Shown here in pieces: positions 49,862 through 60,036 of a stretch of 64,000 bases of DNA. The notes beneath the pieces were generated by a model. The model saw only the letters and a program-made list of their open reading frames with translations. It did not search any database and was not told the origin of the DNA. How positions within the stretch are numbered: position 1 is the stretch's first letter; every line of letters begins with the position of its first letter. The stretch covers positions 1,056,001 to 1,120,000 of the forward strand of contig CAVSOU010000010.1 in assembly GCA_963729625.1 (NCBI GenBank), in the 5' to 3' direction. Position numbers and translations under genes: made by a program. The DNA is from an uncultured bacterium. Lineage in GTDB: Bacteria; Chloroflexota; UBA5177; JANWHV01.

Positions 49862-50073
49862 CAGCTCTCCTGCCGTGCCTGCTGTCGAGGCGTTGGTTGG
49901 CGTGCAGTGCGCAAAAGCCCCGGAGCCCCCGCTTGAACGCGTATGGCAGGGTGGTAGCCGGATAAGTCCGGTTACGGTAGAAAGCGCGGCGCCCGGGTCA
50001 ACCGGCCTGCAGTAGCTTCTATCCGTCTTCCATACGAAGCCTGTTTTGAACCGCGTGCAGGAAGCGCTGGTTG

Positions 50074-51048
50074 TCACCGGCGCTCCAACGGCACCACCGC
50101 GAGCCGACCAAATCGCCCAGGCCGTCCTTCCAGGTAGTCGAGCATCCCATCGACCGTCGTCGTCCGCACGCGGCGCTCTGCCTCCGTTGAACACCACGCC
50201 AGGTGCGGCGAAAGCACCACGTTCGGCGCCCGCAGGATGGGAGCGTCCGGGGGCGGCGGCTCAGCCTGCAATACATCCAGCCCTGCGGCGCCAACCTGGC
50301 CGTCAATCAGCGCTTCGGCAAGCGCCGCTTCGTCGATCAGTGCGCCTCGGGCTACATTGATGATCGTCACACCGCGTCTCATCAGGGCCAATTCACGCCG
50401 GCCGATCATCGCCCGCGTCTCCTCGGTCAGTGGAGGATGGAGCGTCACGATGTCACTTTCGGCCAGAAGCTCCTCCAGCGTGGCGACCATGCGTACTCCT
50501 TCAGGGGGCGTGGTCACGTAGGGGTCAAAGCCCAAGATAGACTGTGTGAGCGGTCTCAAGCGCTCGATCATGGCGCGGCCGATCCTGCCACAGCCGGCGA
50601 CACCGGCCGTCTGGGTGTACAGCGGCCGCAGAGGAGTCAGAGCACGCCACCCGGACCAGGCATTTCGGGCGAGATGATCACCCTGCACGATCTGCCGGTT
50701 GACCGCCAGGAGCAGGGCTATCGCATGCGTGGCGACCTCGTTCGTGGCGTAGTCGGGGCAGTGCAGTACGGCGACACCCCGTTCCTCTGCTGCCCGAAGG
50801 TCGATAGCATCCAGGCCGATGCCGGCGCGCCCAATGATCCGCATGCGCGGCCCAAACGAGGCAATCGTTTGGGCCGTGAGTGGATGCGTAGTCACGACAA
50901 TGCCGTCGGCATCTGCCGTGGCTTGCCGGATCGCATCCGGCGTGGCCAGCGAGTCCGGCCGCACGCTTACCTGCCGCCCGGCCAGGTGCGCTCGTTCTAT
51001 GTCTACATCTCCGAATCCCGCGATTACGAACGTGTAGCTACCAGCCAT
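50074..51048 (-). CDS. D-2-hydroxyacid dehydrogenase (CtBP-like)
   Basis: GIGLDAID, GCGRIG, LHPPLT, INVARG and SPHLAW motifs; ATG 51048. Confidence 0.9.
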   Translation of the reverse strand: MAGSYTFVIAGFGDVDIERAHLAGRQVSVRPDSLATPDAIRQATADADGIVVTTHPLTAQTIASFGPRMRIIGRAGIGLDAIDLRAAEERGVAVLHCPDYATNEVATHAIALLLAVNRQIVQGDHLARNAWSGWRALTPLRPLYTQTAGVAGCGRIGRAMIERLRPLTQSILGFDPYVTTPPEGVRMVATLEELLAESDIVTLHPPLTEETRAMIGRRELALMRRGVTIINVARGALIDEAALAEALIDGQVGAAGLDVLQAEPPPPDAPILRAPNVVLSPHLAWCSTEAERRVRTTTVDGMLDYLEGRPGRFGRLAVVPLERR

Positions 51049-51252
51049 TATCCCCTCCGTTTGTGCTTGTCCCACTCTGATGCGATCGCTCGCTTGGAAT
51101 GAAGTCGTCACTTGTTTCGCGCGGTCCTCGGTTCAGGCTCGGCAGAAGCATCTTGACGGCCACATGGCAAATGCGCTTTCGATACGGCGATAGTCGGTCC
51201 GGGGAAACGCCGGTCTCCGTCAGTCGGTGATCGTCTACGGCCATGTTGCCCG

Positions 51253-52308
51253 TCACCCGTACAGGCATTCTTCTCGAGCAGTCTCATACATGGCCAGGAT
51301 GTTGTCCAGCGGAACGTCTGGCAGCAGCGAATGGCTGCAGTTACAGACGTAGCCACCACCGGCGCCCAGATCCAGGAACCGCGCTCGCACTTCAGCCCGC
51401 ACATCTTCCGTGGTGCCAAATGGCAGGGTAGCCTGCACGTCGATTGCGCCGTGAAAAGCCAGCTGGTGACCGAAGCCGCGTTTCAGACCCGCCGGCTCCA
51501 TCCCCGTGGCGCCGACCTGAATTGGATTCAGCAGCTGCAGTCCCATATCGACTAGGTCAGGAATTATGGCACGGATCGCGCCATCGCTGTGAAGCATGAC
51601 GGTCACCCCATGTGACCTCGCGCATGCAAAGAGTCGCTCAAAGTGAGGGCGGACGAGCCTGCGCCACATTGCCGGATTGATCAACAGGCTCTGTTGCGTG
51701 CCGAAGTCGGAAACCATCATCACGATGTCCAGTTCCCCAGGCGCATAGGCGAAGAGACGATCCATGATCGTCTCATTGTAGGTGGTGACTCTGTCCATGA
51801 TCAGGTTCACCAGCTCGGGCGCGTCGTAAAGCCACGTGAAGAATTTCTCGAAGCCCACCATCTCGATTGCGTCGAAAAAGACGCGGCAATCAGGGCCGCC
51901 GAGCCGCGCGTGATCTCCTGCCTGCCGGCAGAGGTCCCGCCACGCCTCGACGTCGACTGCGTCGGGATCGGGCCAAGCGTGCGCCTCGACATCGGCCCTG
52001 GTGGCCGCGTGGGCGAGCGGGTGGTGGGACGTGTATCCACCGTAGGATCCGGAACGGCGAATGCCCCAGATATCTTCGGTCTCGCCTGATCGTAAGATCT
52101 TCGCCTTGCGGCCTCGATCGTGGTAGGGCACAGGGATACGACGCACATCCACGCCAAGCGCCTCGAGGACTGCCTCTTCGTCGACGACGTTCAGCCGGCG
52201 CTGCAATGCGACTGTAACTTCCGACTCGGCGAGGTAGTCCAGAGGCAGACGATCTGGGAGTTCATGTCCGACCGCCGCCATGACACGTTCGCGCGAATTC
52301 ATCGTCAT
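51253..52308 (-). CDS. uroporphyrinogen decarboxylase/MtaA-like family protein
   Basis: MNSRERV..PDRLP, DIWG, SDFGTQ, LHSDG, LNPIQ and GGGYVCNCSH motifs. Confidence 0.87.
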   Translation of the reverse strand: MTMNSRERVMAAVGHELPDRLPLDYLAESEVTVALQRRLNVVDEEAVLEALGVDVRRIPVPYHDRGRKAKILRSGETEDIWGIRRSGSYGGYTSHHPLAHAATRADVEAHAWPDPDAVDVEAWRDLCRQAGDHARLGGPDCRVFFDAIEMVGFEKFFTWLYDAPELVNLIMDRVTTYNETIMDRLFAYAPGELDIVMMVSDFGTQQSLLINPAMWRRLVRPHFERLFACARSHGVTVMLHSDGAIRAIIPDLVDMGLQLLNPIQVGATGMEPAGLKRGFGHQLAFHGAIDVQATLPFGTTEDVRAEVRARFLDLGAGGGYVCNCSHSLLPDVPLDNILAMYETAREECLYG

Positions 52309-52714
52309 TCCTCAACCTGGTGGCGTTCCTCGACCGAGCCCGGCATAACTGCACCATCTGCATCTGGAGACTGTGGTCAGTCTTCAACCCGCTGGCGCGG
52401 CTCGGCCGAGCGGCAACTAGCCGTCAAATAACGGGCACGCCGTGCGGCGCTACCCCCAGTCGGCCTCGGTTCATCTCGCGCCCAGCCAAGCCGGCGATCC
52501 CGACCCTCTGTCCATGCGTATCCGGAAGGCGTCGCACCCTGTTCGCCGCCGCTCCTGAGGCGATCAACCACTCGATCGCCGATGATGCCGATTGTATATT
52601 GCTGACTCTCAGGTGTCCAGCCACGGTCTGCGCACGGGTGTCCGTCAGATTTCCGGAGACCTTGTGCCGACCGCGCGACAATTCGCGCGGCGTGTGATGC
52701 CCCGGGATTATATC

Positions 52715-52753
52715 CCGTTGACAGTTGACAGTCGCCTGGCTCGGCACTACCAT
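52715..52753 (+). promoter_or_regulatory. sigma70-type promoter with tandem GTTGACA repeats
   Basis: TTGACA (52725-52730), 17 bp spacer, TACCAT (52748-52753); tandem GTTGACA-GTTGACA-GT overlaps the -35. Confidence 0.6.
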
Positions 52754-52935
52754 AGGCGGGAATGCGTCGGTCGGCAGGGATGAAGCGCGCAGAGAGGGGT
52801 ACTTCGCTGGCCGCTCGCCAGCGATGGCGGGCACCACGCGGTGGTTCGCGTCGTCATGCACGAACCGCCAGTCCCAGGATCTGGCGCGGTATGCTCGTAT
52901 GAGAGCGTGTTGCAGCCGAGGAAGGTGATCACACA

Positions 52936-54111
52936 ATGAAGATCGCGCGCGTAGAGACCTACACCGTCGGTGTCGATTGGAAGAACTGGCTATTCGTGAA
53001 AGTGATCGCCGATGACGGCTTGCACGGCATCGGTGAGGCGACAATGAACGGCTTTGTCAAAACGACTGAGGCCGCGGTCCACGAGCTCGAGCATTTCGTG
53101 CTGGGAAAGGACCCCAGACAGATTGCCTCGCTGACGGGCACGCTGTTGGAGACCATGCAAGACGGCGGGCACATCCATCGGCTCGCCACTGCCGGCATTG
53201 AAGTGGCCTGCTGGGACATCCTCGGCAAGTCGCTTGGCGTGCCGATATACCAGCTGCTCGGTGGAAAGGTGCGCGACGACGTACCGGCCTACGCGAACGG
53301 CTGGTATCGCGGCGAGCGATCGCCTGAGACATTTCTTGCCCTCGCCGAGAAGGCGGTAGAAAAAGGGTTCCGAGCCCTGAAGCTCGATCCGTTCGGTCTC
53401 GCCCGCGCGACCATCGACGAGCAGAGCCTGCAGCTGGCCTACGACATTCTGCGAGCAATCCGCGACCGGTTCGGTCCGTCACTCAAGATCCTGATCGACG
53501 TGCATACCCGATTCCTGCCCAGCGAGGCGCTGCGCGTCGCGCGTCGCCTGGCGCCGCTCGATCTGTTCTGGTGGGAGGAACCGACCACGGCAGAGCGAGA
53601 GGAGCTGACCAACGAGATCGCTTCACAATGCCCTATACCGGTGGCGACAGGCGAACAGTTCGCCCGCGTCGGCAACTTCATGACGCTTGCCAGAGGCGGT
53701 CACGTCGGCATCTATCAGCCCGAGCCGATGTGTCTCGGCGGCATCTTGAACAGCCTGGCGGTTGCCAATATCGCCCGCGCCAGCGGCGCCACTATCGCTC
53801 CACACCAGAGCGGCGGGCCGGTCGCCACGGCGATATGTCTGCAATTGGCGGCATGCGTGCCGAACTTTTTGATCCAGGAGCACTTCGACCCCTTTAACGC
53901 GCCATGGACTCAAGACCTGGTTACCTGGCATCCGACGCTCAACAGGGATAACGGCCGTCTGTCGCTGCCGGAGGCGCCTGGCCTGGGCCTGGATCTGAAC
54001 CTGGATGTCGCGAGCGCCCACCCCTACGACGCGCGGTCGTTCTTCGACGCCACCAAAGAGGGATGGGAGAAGCGTTTGGGCACCCAGGCTGGTGCCGACC
54101 GGGTGGGATGA
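52936..54111 (+). CDS. mandelate racemase/enolase superfamily acid-sugar dehydratase (galactonate dehydratase-like)
   Basis: WLFVKV..GIGEAT, WDILGKSLGVPIYQLLGG, YANGW, KLDPF, EEP, ATGE and APH motifs. Confidence 0.9.
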   Translation: MKIARVETYTVGVDWKNWLFVKVIADDGLHGIGEATMNGFVKTTEAAVHELEHFVLGKDPRQIASLTGTLLETMQDGGHIHRLATAGIEVACWDILGKSLGVPIYQLLGGKVRDDVPAYANGWYRGERSPETFLALAEKAVEKGFRALKLDPFGLARATIDEQSLQLAYDILRAIRDRFGPSLKILIDVHTRFLPSEALRVARRLAPLDLFWWEEPTTAEREELTNEIASQCPIPVATGEQFARVGNFMTLARGGHVGIYQPEPMCLGGILNSLAVANIARASGATIAPHQSGGPVATAICLQLAACVPNFLIQEHFDPFNAPWTQDLVTWHPTLNRDNGRLSLPEAPGLGLDLNLDVASAHPYDARSFFDATKEGWEKRLGTQAGADRVG

Positions 54112-54266
54112 TCGTTCGCCCAGTACGCGTCGAACCCCAGGTCTTCGGCCCTCAGCACAAAATCCAGTGTCTCCTGCCACTCCTTCAGGAAGATGCCGAC
54201 GACGGCGAAGCGTCTCCTGTTCTTGCCCTCGGCGACCCACGGATGTGCGGGGCGATCGGTGTCCAT
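54024..54266 (-). pseudogene. truncated LLM (luciferase-like) flavin oxidoreductase N-terminus
   Basis: HPWVAEG..RF..EWQETLDFVLRAEDLGFDAYWANDHP is typical of an LLM N-terminus; similarity stops at about 54100, inside the convergent dehydratase 3' end. Confidence 0.65.
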
Positions 54267-54278
54267 GTGCCGTGCTCC

Positions 54279-55118
54279 CTAGCCATCCTGCTTTGGAGCG
54301 GGCCAGGCCACATTGCCCGCCGCGTTCAGGGCCATGTTGCCGCCGTCCACATACAGCAGGTGGCCCGTGACGAATGCCGAGGCGTCGGACGCAAGGAACA
54401 GCGCGGGACCCACCAGATCCTCATCGTGGCCCATCCGACCGAGGGGAATGCCATTGAGAATGTGCTGCTCGAAGGCGACATAGTCCCAGGGCAAGCTCGT
54501 CATGCCCTTGATCCAGTTCTGATTCGCGATCTGGGCGGGCTGGATCGCGTTCACCCGAATGTGGTGCGGTCCCCATTCGACCGCCAGATCGCGGGTCATT
54601 TGATTGACTCCCGCCTTGGCCACGCCGTGCGGCAGATTGCCGCGTCCCATGCCGGAAAGACCGCAGGTCGAGCCGATATTGATGATGCTTCCGCCGGCGG
54701 CTCGCGCGATCATACGCTTCCCGGCCTCGATAGAACACAGGAAGGTGCTCGTCAGCGAGATGTCGAGGACGCGCTGCCACTCAGATAGCGGCAGCTCTTC
54801 CGGCCGGTAGCGCGCGCCCGCACCTACGTTGTTAATCAGAATGTCGATGCAGCCGAACTCGCGATCGAGGACGGCAAAGAGCGCCATGATATCCTCACGC
54901 CGGGCGTTATTGCAGGTGACGCCGACGCCGCGGCGCCCTAACGCTCGGATCTCCCGGCTTGTCTGCTCAGCGCCGGCCGCATCAACGTCGCTGACCAGCA
55001 CGTCCGCGCCGGCCTCCGCCAACCCAATCGCCATAGCGTGCCCTAGCCCGCCGTTCGCGCCGCCGCCGGTCACCAGCGCGACTTTCCCAGTGAGGTCGAA
55101 CCTCTCAGTACTCTTCAT
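54279..55118 (-). CDS. SDR family oxidoreductase
   Basis: FDLTGKVALVTGGGANGGLG and NNVG motifs; the catalytic motif reads HGVAK instead of YxxxK. Confidence 0.9.
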   Translation of the reverse strand: MKSTERFDLTGKVALVTGGGANGGLGHAMAIGLAEAGADVLVSDVDAAGAEQTSREIRALGRRGVGVTCNNARREDIMALFAVLDREFGCIDILINNVGAGARYRPEELPLSEWQRVLDISLTSTFLCSIEAGKRMIARAAGGSIINIGSTCGLSGMGRGNLPHGVAKAGVNQMTRDLAVEWGPHHIRVNAIQPAQIANQNWIKGMTSLPWDYVAFEQHILNGIPLGRMGHDEDLVGPALFLASDASAFVTGHLLYVDGGNMALNAAGNVAWPAPKQDG

Positions 55119-55136
55119 TTCCGCGCCTCCAAGCAC

Positions 55137-56792
55137 CTACGGCTTGACAACCTTCAGCGGATCACGCTTGTGGATCAGCACGTCGCTGATCAGGACCATG
55201 GCCGCCCCGCTTACAGCCACCTCAAGCGCCTTCTGAAGCACCGCCACCGGATCCGTTATGCCGGCCTGCCACATCTCGACCACCTGGCCGGCGTTAGCGT
55301 CGAAGCCATGCCAGGGCCCGGCGGCACGAACCTGGGCAATAATCGCGTGCCGATCAAATCCAGCGTTGGCGGCCATGACCCCAATCGGTTCCTCCAGCGC
55401 GGCCTCCAGCGCTTGAAATGCGACGAGCTCATCGGCGGACCTCGCCACATCCTGGAGGGCGTGCTGGCAGCCGAGGTAGGCCGCGCCGCCACCAGGGACG
55501 ACCCCCGAGGCCAGGGCCAGTCTGAGTGCCGTGACGGTTCGCTGGGCCAATGCCTTGCGCGGCTTCTGTTCGCGCTCGCTATCGCCGCCAACGTACAGGA
55601 TGGCAACGCCCCCCATGAGCTTGCCCAGGCGCTCCCGTACCTGCTCTCGCTCCTCCGGTTTGTCCGTTTCGGCCAGCTCGGCTTTCACCCCCGCGATTCG
55701 CCGGCGCAGTGCCATGGGGTCGGCATCGCCGCCATGCACGCCGAAATTGGCGGAGTTCGCCCACACGTGGTTGGCGCGACCGAGGTCGTCAAGGCTGAAG
55801 CTCGCCGCGCGCTCCCCGCTCGCCTCGCTCAACACCCGGCCACCCGACAGCACTGCCAGGTCCTCGAGAATTCGCGCTCGATTGTCACCCTGCGCCGGCG
55901 CGCGGACGGCCACGCAGTGCAGCGTCCCCTGGCGATGATTCGCAACCAGGAGACTCAGTGCGCTGCCACTCACTTCATCCGCGATCACGAGCAGACCTGG
56001 ACAATGTGCGGCCACGAGACGATCCAGAAGCGGTACAAGCTGGTCGGCATCGGTGAAGTGCAGGTCACTGATCAGGATCATGGGGCCGTCAAGCCGCACT
56101 TCCTGCTTGTCCTCATCGGTAATGAAATACGGAGAAAGATACCCTTCGTTCCAGTGGACGCCCTCCACATAGTGCCGGACCAGCCCGGGAGCGTAACCAT
56201 TCTCCACAAGCAAGCACCCGTCGGCGCCAATGATGTCGAGAATTTCGCCCAGCATCTTCGCCAGCGCAGCATCGTGGCACACGGTCTCCGCGGCGCCGGC
56301 AATCTCGACAGGCCCGTGTAGTGGCCTGCTCTGTTTGCCCAGGGCATTCGCGACCAAGCAGAGCCCTCGCTCTAGGCTCCGTCGCACGACAAGCGGATCG
56401 CCGCCCGCCGCGATGTATGGCTCTGCGTGACTGACTATCGCTTGCAGCAACACAGCGGTGGTCGCACCGCCGTCGCCTACCGTGTCGTATGTCTTCCACA
56501 CTGCGTGGCGGAGCATCATTGCTCCCATGTTCACGTAGGGATCGGGCAGCTCAATCACTCGCCTCAGAATCGTAGCGGCATCGTCGAGCACCTCGATCGG
56601 CCGCCCAGAATTGACATCCTCCACGGCAACCGTACGCGGAAGCGGCCCCAAGGTTGGCCGGACCGCAGCCACCATGGCCGCGATGCCGCGGCGCATGGCG
56701 CCCCGCGCTGCTGGCCCGTGGAGAATTCCGGGGCCGATTCCTGAATCCGGTACGGGCCTCGCTACTCTCTGCGCCAGTAACCGTCGAGACAT
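55137..56792 (-). CDS. groEL: divergent chaperonin GroEL (Cpn60) paralog
   Basis: PTLGP, VGDG, GYLSPYFITD, APAQGDNR..LEDLAVLSGG, ERLGKLMGGVA, GVVPGGG and GITDP motifs. No GGM tail and no adjacent groES. Confidence 0.88.
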   Translation of the reverse strand: MSRRLLAQRVARPVPDSGIGPGILHGPAARGAMRRGIAAMVAAVRPTLGPLPRTVAVEDVNSGRPIEVLDDAATILRRVIELPDPYVNMGAMMLRHAVWKTYDTVGDGGATTAVLLQAIVSHAEPYIAAGGDPLVVRRSLERGLCLVANALGKQSRPLHGPVEIAGAAETVCHDAALAKMLGEILDIIGADGCLLVENGYAPGLVRHYVEGVHWNEGYLSPYFITDEDKQEVRLDGPMILISDLHFTDADQLVPLLDRLVAAHCPGLLVIADEVSGSALSLLVANHRQGTLHCVAVRAPAQGDNRARILEDLAVLSGGRVLSEASGERAASFSLDDLGRANHVWANSANFGVHGGDADPMALRRRIAGVKAELAETDKPEEREQVRERLGKLMGGVAILYVGGDSEREQKPRKALAQRTVTALRLALASGVVPGGGAAYLGCQHALQDVARSADELVAFQALEAALEEPIGVMAANAGFDRHAIIAQVRAAGPWHGFDANAGQVVEMWQAGITDPVAVLQKALEVAVSGAAMVLISDVLIHKRDPLKVVKP

Positions 56793-56875
56793 GTGGCCAA
56801 CTCGCACTTTCCAACTGTCGGGGCCGCACGCGCCGCTACCCGACCATCAAATCCTGGCTACGTACGTAGCCGTCA

Positions 56876-56914
56876 CACAAAGAAATAAGTAGGGCCGGCG
56901 GGTGCCGACCCTAC
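56876..56914 (-). terminator. intrinsic terminator
   Basis: On the minus strand, the GTAGGGTCGGC-ACCC-GCCGGCCCTAC hairpin is followed by TTATTTCTTTGTG. Confidence 0.7.
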
Positions 56915-57047
56915 CTACTCGGTGCAGACCTGGAGCCAAATGACCCTGCCGCTCCGCGCGCAGCCTGCCTACTAGGTTGGCATGATGCGACAGGGCTCCT
57001 TGGCTCACTCGCGGACCTGGCACCCGCGCTCTTCGCCGGCGAGAATT

Positions 57048-57809
57048 CTAGCCTTCGCCGATGAACGTTCCGAAATCACCAACGGCCGGGCCGGCGAAGG
57101 TGCCCGTGTATTTGGTAATGCCTACCGCATGCTTGCTCGACGCGACCAGCATCAGAGCGCCAGACTTGGACCAGAAGATGGTAGACGTGACATTACCGTT
57201 TACAACACGACCCTCGGCCGGAAGCACCGTGTCATTGCTCAGGAAGGCGAAGGTACCGTCACCCCATCCATCGGCAGTCAGCTGAAGCGTCAACTGCCCG
57301 GCCAGGGCCAGCGTATCCGCGCTACCCATGCCGCTCTTCCCGCCAATGCTGAAGGTCACTTCCTGGGTCTCAGGTGTTAGCGCCCACGAACCGGCGCTGG
57401 TGTTCGCGCCCAGCGCAACCATACCGCCCCAAACGCCGGACATCTTGTTCAGCAGCTTGCCGGTCAAGCTCATGGTGCCGGCCTTGCCTTTCACCGCGAG
57501 CTGTGCAGTGTCAGCGGCCGTGCCACTGACTGTCGACGTTGCACCGCTGGCCAGAGTTAGCGTTGCGGTGAGGAGGCCTGTGCTGTTGATCGTGCCGGCG
57601 ACCTGGCCCGCGACCATCGCGCCGGCGCTCGGACCCGCCAGGAGTTGCGCCGCCAGATGGAAGGCTACCGGGCTTTCCGTCACCGCCGCTTGGCTGCTGG
57701 AAGCAAATGTGCGGGGAGCGATGCTACCACCAAGAATGGTGGCGCAGACAAGGACGAAGCCTAGTATGGTCTTTCGCATCACTGACGAGGGTAATCGTAC
57801 ACTGATCAT
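57048..57809 (-). CDS. secreted Gly/Thr/Ala-rich hypothetical protein
   Basis: AAGGAG RBS, signal peptide (..APRTFA), beta-rich composition with an apparent internal duplication. Confidence 0.75.
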   Translation of the reverse strand: MISVRLPSSVMRKTILGFVLVCATILGGSIAPRTFASSSQAAVTESPVAFHLAAQLLAGPSAGAMVAGQVAGTINSTGLLTATLTLASGATSTVSGTAADTAQLAVKGKAGTMSLTGKLLNKMSGVWGGMVALGANTSAGSWALTPETQEVTFSIGGKSGMGSADTLALAGQLTLQLTADGWGDGTFAFLSNDTVLPAEGRVVNGNVTSTIFWSKSGALMLVASSKHAVGITKYTGTFAGPAVGDFGTFIGEG

Positions 57810-58067
57810 GAACTGTCACTCCTTAGCATCGCTGATTGAGAGAAACCTTCGTTGGTGATTGAGAGCTGTCGTCACTGCTAGCACCCCAATAGGGAGCAGA
57901 GCAGCCGTTTCTCGGACCAGGCCCCCATGACCTATGTGACTCGATCCGGCGGTCACTTGTGGCTGACGATGCTTCCGTACTCCCTTCTGCAAGCGGTCTT
58001 GCGTCCGTCAGGATCTGCCGAGATGTAACCACAACTCCATCGTCGCCAGCCGACAAACGCGGCCACA

Positions 58068-58985
58068 TTAAAACTTCATCCCGGTCATGGCGACGCCACG
58101 GATCATGTACTTCGATCCGAAGAGATAGGCCACCATCAGGGGAATTGACGACAACACGCCCGCCGCGATCAGATAGTCGTACCGCGTGATAAACAATCCC
58201 TGCAGACCGCTAAGGAACAACGGCAGCGTTTGGTTACTCGGGCTGGTCAGCACCACGAAGGGCCAGAGGTAGTCGTTCCAGACCCCGAGAAAGATGAAGA
58301 TACCCAGCGCCGCCGCGGGCGAGGCGGAGAGAGGGACCACGAGCTGAGCAAAGATACGCCACTCCGAGGCGCCGTCGATGCGGGCGGCCTCGATCAGCTC
58401 CGTCGGAATGCTTAGCATGAACTGGCGCATCATGAAGATGCCAAAGGTGGAGAAGAAACCGGTCACGATCACCCCGGCCAGGCTGTCTGAAAGCCCCCAG
58501 TCGCTAATCCTGATGTAAAGAGGCACCAGGATGACGACGAAGGGCACCATCAGCGTGGCGAGCAGCAGCACAAAGAGCAGATCCTTGCCGGGAAAGTGAT
58601 ACTTTGCGAATACGTACCCGGCCATGGTCGAGGTGAGAACCGAAACGCTCGTGACGCTCGCCGTCACGATGACCGTATTTCGGAAGCCCGTCCACACGCC
58701 TGAAAGGCCTGTCACGTACTGGTACGCGTCCAGCGTCCAGTGCTTTGGAAACAAAGCACGGGACTCCATGAGCTCCTTGAATGCTTTGAACGAGCCGAAC
58801 ACTGCCCAGATCAGGGGAGCCAACGCTATCAGTACACCAACTGTCAGCACCAGGTAGATCGCGACCTGCCCCGTGCGGAGATGCACATGCCGCCTCCCTG
58901 CCGGCATGGGTGCCGGCATTGGGACGTCATGAGCGCCCGGCAATCGGTCAGAAGGGCGAGCTACGAGCATTGGCTCTCGTTCCAT
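58068..58985 (-). CDS. carbohydrate ABC transporter permease (MalG type)
   Basis: ELIEAARIDGASE and WNDYLWP motifs. Confidence 0.92.
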   Translation of the reverse strand: MEREPMLVARPSDRLPGAHDVPMPAPMPAGRRHVHLRTGQVAIYLVLTVGVLIALAPLIWAVFGSFKAFKELMESRALFPKHWTLDAYQYVTGLSGVWTGFRNTVIVTASVTSVSVLTSTMAGYVFAKYHFPGKDLLFVLLLATLMVPFVVILVPLYIRISDWGLSDSLAGVIVTGFFSTFGIFMMRQFMLSIPTELIEAARIDGASEWRIFAQLVVPLSASPAAALGIFIFLGVWNDYLWPFVVLTSPSNQTLPLFLSGLQGLFITRYDYLIAAGVLSSIPLMVAYLFGSKYMIRGVAMTGMKF

Positions 58986-58991
58986 CCAGTC

Positions 58992-59927
58992 CTAATACGA
59001 CCACTGCATCCGTGTCAAGCGCAGGGTCATCAGCGTGAGCACCAGGGTGATAGCAAACTCGATCAGCGCGGCGCTGGAGGCCACGCTGAACTGGAAGTTC
59101 TGGAATGCCAGATCATAGATGTAAAGGTTTAGGGTCAGCGTCGCGTTGGCTGGCCCGCCACCGGTCAAGACCTGCGGGATCGTGAACTCCTGCAACGCCC
59201 CAATCACACCAAGGATCACCACGAGATTGATGGTCGGCTGCACGAGGGGCAGAGTGATGTGACGCAAGCGCGCCCAATCGCCCGCCCCGTCGATCCGTGC
59301 CGCATCGATCAACTCGCTCGGAATGTTGAGAAGCCCCGCTGTCAGGATGACAATCGTGACCCCCAGGCCCTTCCACGTGCCAAAAAGCGCGGAACTGGGA
59401 AGGGCAGCGTTGCCATCGGTCAGGAACCCAGACGTGGGCAAGTGCAAGAAGCTCAAGAAGCCGTCGATCGGTCCGACCACTGGATCCATCAGGTACTTGG
59501 CAATCAGAATGGTGGACAGGAGGGGCACGACGACAGGCACGAACACCAGACCCTGGAGCAGGTTGCGCCCGTGCGCGACGTTTGCCAGGCAGAGCGCTAT
59601 CGCCAGCGCCAGCGGGATACCGACCAGAACGGTGATCGCTCCCCATTCGACGCTGTTCTTCAGCGCAGTACCAAAGAGCGGATCGTCAAACAGCTCCCGG
59701 AAATTGTCCAGTCCGACGTATCGGCCTGGTCCGAGCAGGCGGTAATGAATCAGGGCGATGCGGAACGCCTGGATCACCGACCAGAACGACACCACGGAGT
59801 ACCAAGCGAGCAAAGGGACAAGTATGGCAAAACCAAACCAGAATTGGGGCCTTTGCAGCACTCTGCCGATCTGGTAGACGAGTCCCCTCCTTCGGAACGC
59901 TATCACCCCCGCACCGTTTCGGTCCAT
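58992..59927 (-). CDS. carbohydrate ABC transporter permease (MalF type)
   Basis: YVGLDNF, ELIDAARIDGA and LTGGGPANAT motifs. Confidence 0.92.
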   Translation of the reverse strand: MDRNGAGVIAFRRRGLVYQIGRVLQRPQFWFGFAILVPLLAWYSVVSFWSVIQAFRIALIHYRLLGPGRYVGLDNFRELFDDPLFGTALKNSVEWGAITVLVGIPLALAIALCLANVAHGRNLLQGLVFVPVVVPLLSTILIAKYLMDPVVGPIDGFLSFLHLPTSGFLTDGNAALPSSALFGTWKGLGVTIVILTAGLLNIPSELIDAARIDGAGDWARLRHITLPLVQPTINLVVILGVIGALQEFTIPQVLTGGGPANATLTLNLYIYDLAFQNFQFSVASSAALIEFAITLVLTLMTLRLTRMQWSY

Positions 59928-60036
59928 GCCAACCCTCTCGGATGATACTTGTCCACACTGGCCGCCTGCTCGACGGCACGGAGCTCCCTGGCACGCCATG
60001 GTGGCTCCGTGCGCCAGCGGTCGCCCTCAGCATCTG

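Noticed and set aside
52309-52935. ORFs or a cobalamin riboswitch between the UroD-like and dehydratase genes
   Set aside because: There is no RBS-supported protein-like ORF and no recognisable B12 box.
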